Positions 57,606-61,470 of a stretch of 61,470 bases of DNA are shown one piece after another; position 1 is the stretch's first letter, and every line of letters starts with the position of its first letter. This DNA comes from Rhodocyclaceae bacterium (lineage in GTDB: Bacteria; Pseudomonadota; Gammaproteobacteria; Burkholderiales; Rhodocyclaceae). Where the stretch lies: assembly GCA_017553285.1 (NCBI GenBank), contig JAFZMK010000085.1, positions 1 to 61,470 of the forward strand, read 5' to 3'. The notes below the pieces were generated by a model. That model was not told the DNA's origin and did no database searches. It was given only the letters and a program-made list of their open reading frames with translations. The position numbers and the translations under genes were made by a program.

Positions 57606-58859
57606 TTAGCGGTCGGCAGCGTCCGCGTCGGGTTTCGCGGCGGGTTTCTTGGCGTCAGCAGCAGGTTTTTTGCCGTCGGCGGCTTTTTTGCCTTTTTCCT
57701 TGGGCTTGTCCTTGTCTTTCGGCTTGTCCTTTTCCTTGTCTTTGGACTTGTCCTGCGCGGCATCCGGGGCGGCGGCTTGCGCGCCTTCGCTGGCTGCGCT
57801 TGCCTCGGCCTCTTTCTTCGTGGCGCTGTCCTTGTCCTTTTCCTTGTCTTTGCCTTTGTCTTTGGCGCTGTCCTTGCCTTTGGTCTTGTCCTTGTTCTTG
57901 TCCTTGGCGGCATCCTTGTTGCGCGCGCTGTCGCTGGCGGCGGCGGTTTCAATGGGGCGGGGCACCAGTTGTTCCAGCGGCGGTTCAATGGCACTGTCCG
58001 GGTCGGGCAGCGGCGGGGCTGGCTCGGCACGCCCCAGTACCAGCACTTGCGTGGCGCGCTCCACATGCCCCAGCGGTTCGCACTGGATGCGCAAGAAGGC
58101 ATCGGCGGGCGTGACGGCAGTGACCTGCGCCACCGGCAGGTTGGGCACGAAAATGCCGTCCAGCCCGGAGGTGATGAGTTCGTCGCCAGCTTCTACGTCC
58201 GAGCCAACCGGCATGAAGCGCAGCTCCAGCGAGCCGTCGCCATTGCCAAAGAGCACGCCGCGCAGCCCGTTGCGGGCGACCTTGACGGCGATGGCCTGGT
58301 CTTTGTCGGTGAGCAGCGTGACTTCGGTCTGCGCCGGATAGGCGCGCGTGGCCTGACCGATGACGCCCGCAGCATCGAGCACCGCAAAGCCTGGTTCAAT
58401 GCCATCGGAAGCGCCACGGTTCAGGATGACCTTGCGCGAGAAGGGGTCCGGCGCGTCATAGAGGATTTCTGCCGCAACACTGCGGCTTTGCACGCTTTGC
58501 GCCATGCCCAGCAGGTCGCGCAGTTCCTGGTTTTCGCGCTCCACCTGTGCAAAACGCAGCAATTGTTGCGCCTGCTGCACTTCCTTGCGGCGCAGGTCGG
58601 CGTTTTCTGCCTGCACGCTCACCAGCGTGCCAAAGTAGGTGCTGGCCGAGCGCGCCAGGTCCGCCGGCGCGGCGGCGATGACTTGCAGCGGATAGGTGAC
58701 CACCGAGAGCGTGTGGCGCACCATTTCCAGATAGCGGTAATGCAGGTCTGCCACCAGCATCACCAGACACAGCACGACATAACACATCAGCCGGACGTGA
58801 GACGAGGGCGATGCTTGTCGGGAAAAAACAGGTTGGGAAGACGGTGGCAGTGAAGACAT
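57606..58859 (-). CDS. mreC: Rod shape-determining protein MreC with an extended Lys/Asp-rich C-terminal tail
   Basis: Coiled-coil ENADLRRKEVQQAQQLLRFAQVERENQELRDLL. Beta-barrel core GASDGIEPGFAVLDAAGVIGQ...ITSGLDGIFVPNLPVAQV. Then ~130 aa of KDKNKDKTKGKD...KPKDKDKPKEKGKK. Confidence 0.9.
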   Translation of the reverse strand: MSSLPPSSQPVFSRQASPSSHVRLMCYVVLCLVMLVADLHYRYLEMVRHTLSVVTYPLQVIAAAPADLARSASTYFGTLVSVQAENADLRRKEVQQAQQLLRFAQVERENQELRDLLGMAQSVQSRSVAAEILYDAPDPFSRKVILNRGASDGIEPGFAVLDAAGVIGQATRAYPAQTEVTLLTDKDQAIAVKVARNGLRGVLFGNGDGSLELRFMPVGSDVEAGDELITSGLDGIFVPNLPVAQVTAVTPADAFLRIQCEPLGHVERATQVLVLGRAEPAPPLPDPDSAIEPPLEQLVPRPIETAAASDSARNKDAAKDKNKDKTKGKDSAKDKGKDKEKDKDSATKKEAEASAASEGAQAAAPDAAQDKSKDKEKDKPKDKDKPKEKGKKAADGKKPAADAKKPAAKPDADAADR

Positions 58860-58978
58860 GCGCGATACACAGAAGAGCCGCTCTGCGCGCTGCTGTTTTA
58901 TGCGCAGCGCCCGCGCACGATGGCGCGGGCGGGGTCAGAGGAGAAAAACAACTGGTGCGCCCAAAGGCGGCACGGGGC

Positions 58979-60106
<1,128 letters not shown>

Positions 60107-60160
60107 TTATAAACCACGAATCCCCAAGTCTTTGTGCAGTTTTTCATCCCGCCGTCAATT

Positions 60161-60448
60161 ATGTCGCTTTCCCACGCCGACCTTCGCCGCCTTGGGCGGC
60201 TTGCCAAACTGGCGCTGGACGAACACCAGCTTGCCGCGCTCAACACCCAACTGGACAACATCCTGCACCTCGTCGACGAGATGCAGGCGGTGGATACCCG
60301 CGATGTGGCACCGATGAGCCACCCGCTGGAACTCACCGCCCGCCTGCGCGCCGACGCGCCCACCGAACCCGACCGCCGCGATGCCTTCCAGCGCGTTGCG
60401 CCGCAGGCCGAGTCCGGTCTCTATCTCGTTCCCAAAGTCATTGAATAA
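60161..60448 (+). CDS. gatC: Asp/Glu-tRNA(Asn/Gln) amidotransferase subunit C
   Basis: ATG at 60161. LAKLAL.E.....L...L..IL.LV..M..VDT..V.PM.HP, 95 aa. Confidence 0.9.
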   Translation: MSLSHADLRRLGRLAKLALDEHQLAALNTQLDNILHLVDEMQAVDTRDVAPMSHPLELTARLRADAPTEPDRRDAFQRVAPQAESGLYLVPKVIE

Positions 60449-60466
60449 GCTACTGTTTCTGTTGCC

Positions 60467-61470
60467 ATGATTGACGCTTCCGTTGCCGAACTGCGCCAGG
60501 CGCTGGATGCCCGCAAGGTGTCCGCCACCGAACTGGCGCACCTGTTTTTGAACCGCATCGACGCGCACGATGCCGCCATCCATGCCTTTATCACCATCGA
60601 CCGCGAAGGCGCGCTGAGTGCTGCCGCCGCTGCCGATGAACGGCTGGCGCGCGGCGAGCGCGCGCCGCTGCTGGGTATTCCGTTCGCCCATAAAGATATT
60701 TTCTGCACCGAGGGCGTGCGCACCACCTGCGGCTCGAAAATGCTGGAAAACTTCATCAGCCCGTATGACGCGCACGTCGTCTCGCTGCTGAAAGCGGCGG
60801 GCGCAGTCAGCTTGGGCAAGCTCAATCTGGATGAGTTTGCGATGGGTTCCAGCACCGAGACTTCGTATTTTGGCGCTACGCATAACCCGTGGCGCGCCGG
60901 TTACGTGCCGGGCGGTTCGTCCGGCGGTTCGGCGGCGGCGGTCGCTGCCCGTCTGGTGCCGCTGGCGACCGGCACGGACACCGGCGGCTCGGTGCGCCAG
61001 CCCGCCGCGTTCTGCGGCATTACCGGCATCAAGCCCACTTACGGCACGGTGAGCCGCTACGGCATGATTGCCTACGCTTCGTCCTGCGACCAGGGCGGCG
61101 CGTTCGGGGCGAGCGCGCAAGACTGCGCGGCGCTGCTGGAAGCAATGAGCGGCTTTGACGAGCGCGATTCCACCAGCCTTGATCGCCCCGCGCCGCAGTT
61201 GCGCGCCGCGCTGGAAACCGCGCCGACGGATGCCGCGCGTCCGCTGGCGGGTTTGAAACTGGGTGTGCCGGTGGAGTTTTTCCGCGACGGTCTGCACCCG
61301 GACGTTGCCCGCGCGCTCGATGAAGCGCGCCGCCAGTACGAGGCGCTGGGCGCGCAGTTTGTGGAAATTTCGCTGGAACACGCCGCGCGGCTGGCGATTC
61401 CCGCCTATTACGTGCTCGCCTCTGCCGAAGCGTCCAGCAACCTTTCCCGTTACGACGGCGTGCGCTACGG
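60467..61470 (+). CDS. gatA: Asp/Glu-tRNA(Asn/Gln) amidotransferase subunit A. The 3' end runs off the window.
   Basis: Not in the track because there is no stop. My translation from the ATG at 60467 gives [23 protein letters not shown]...[26 protein letters not shown]...[34 protein letters not shown], the amidase signature. Confidence 0.92.
   Translation, partial: MIDASVAELRQALDARKVSATELAHLFLNRIDAHDAAIHAFITIDREGALSAAAAADERLARGERAPLLGIPFAHKDIFCTEGVRTTCGSKMLENFISPYDAHVVSLLKAAGAVSLGKLNLDEFAMGSSTETSYFGATHNPWRAGYVPGGSSGGSAAAVAARLVPLATGTDTGGSVRQPAAFCGITGIKPTYGTVSRYGMIAYASSCDQGGAFGASAQDCAALLEAMSGFDERDSTSLDRPAPQLRAALETAPTDAARPLAGLKLGVPVEFFRDGLHPDVARALDEARRQYEALGAQFVEISLEHAARLAIPAYYVLASAEASSNLSRYDGVRY

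Overview
This is a visibly GC-rich chromosomal segment. Its gene order is typical of Betaproteobacteria; that taxonomic call is inferred from synteny only. Conserved blocks are gyrA-serC-pheA-hisC-tyrA-aroA/cmk-rpsA-ihfB, mreB-mreC-mreD-mrdA-rodA-rlpA-dacC-ybeD-lipB, hom-thrC, gatC-gatA, ilvE plus a zinc-finger protein, murJ, oxyR-dps, ubiG and cobS-cobC. About 50 protein genes are supported, and most of the long ORFs on the opposite strand are GC-driven artefacts. I recognised no rRNA, tRNA, CRISPR array, transposase or integrase. The stand-out region is 6.9-17.7 kb. It holds four tandem paralogous genes, each encoding a 12-TM protein built as (6 TM + GGDEF) x2, and all eight GGDEF domains look catalytically intact. 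The last of these genes overlaps the start of a 2H-phosphoesterase gene through a TGATG stop/start overlap. One paralog carries a 13-nt homopolymeric G/C tract at its 5' end. Other notable loci: (1) a single AlbA_2/HATPase_c_4 (Schlafen-like) gene inserted between dacC and rlpA, flanked by a degenerate duplication of the rlpA 3' end; (2) a truncated, internally deleted P-type ATPase remnant abutting the phaC terminator; (3) an aroA-cmk gene fusion; (4) an ELM1-like plus GT10-like glycosyltransferase pair appended to cobS-cobC; (5) an MreC with a long Lys/Asp-rich tail.
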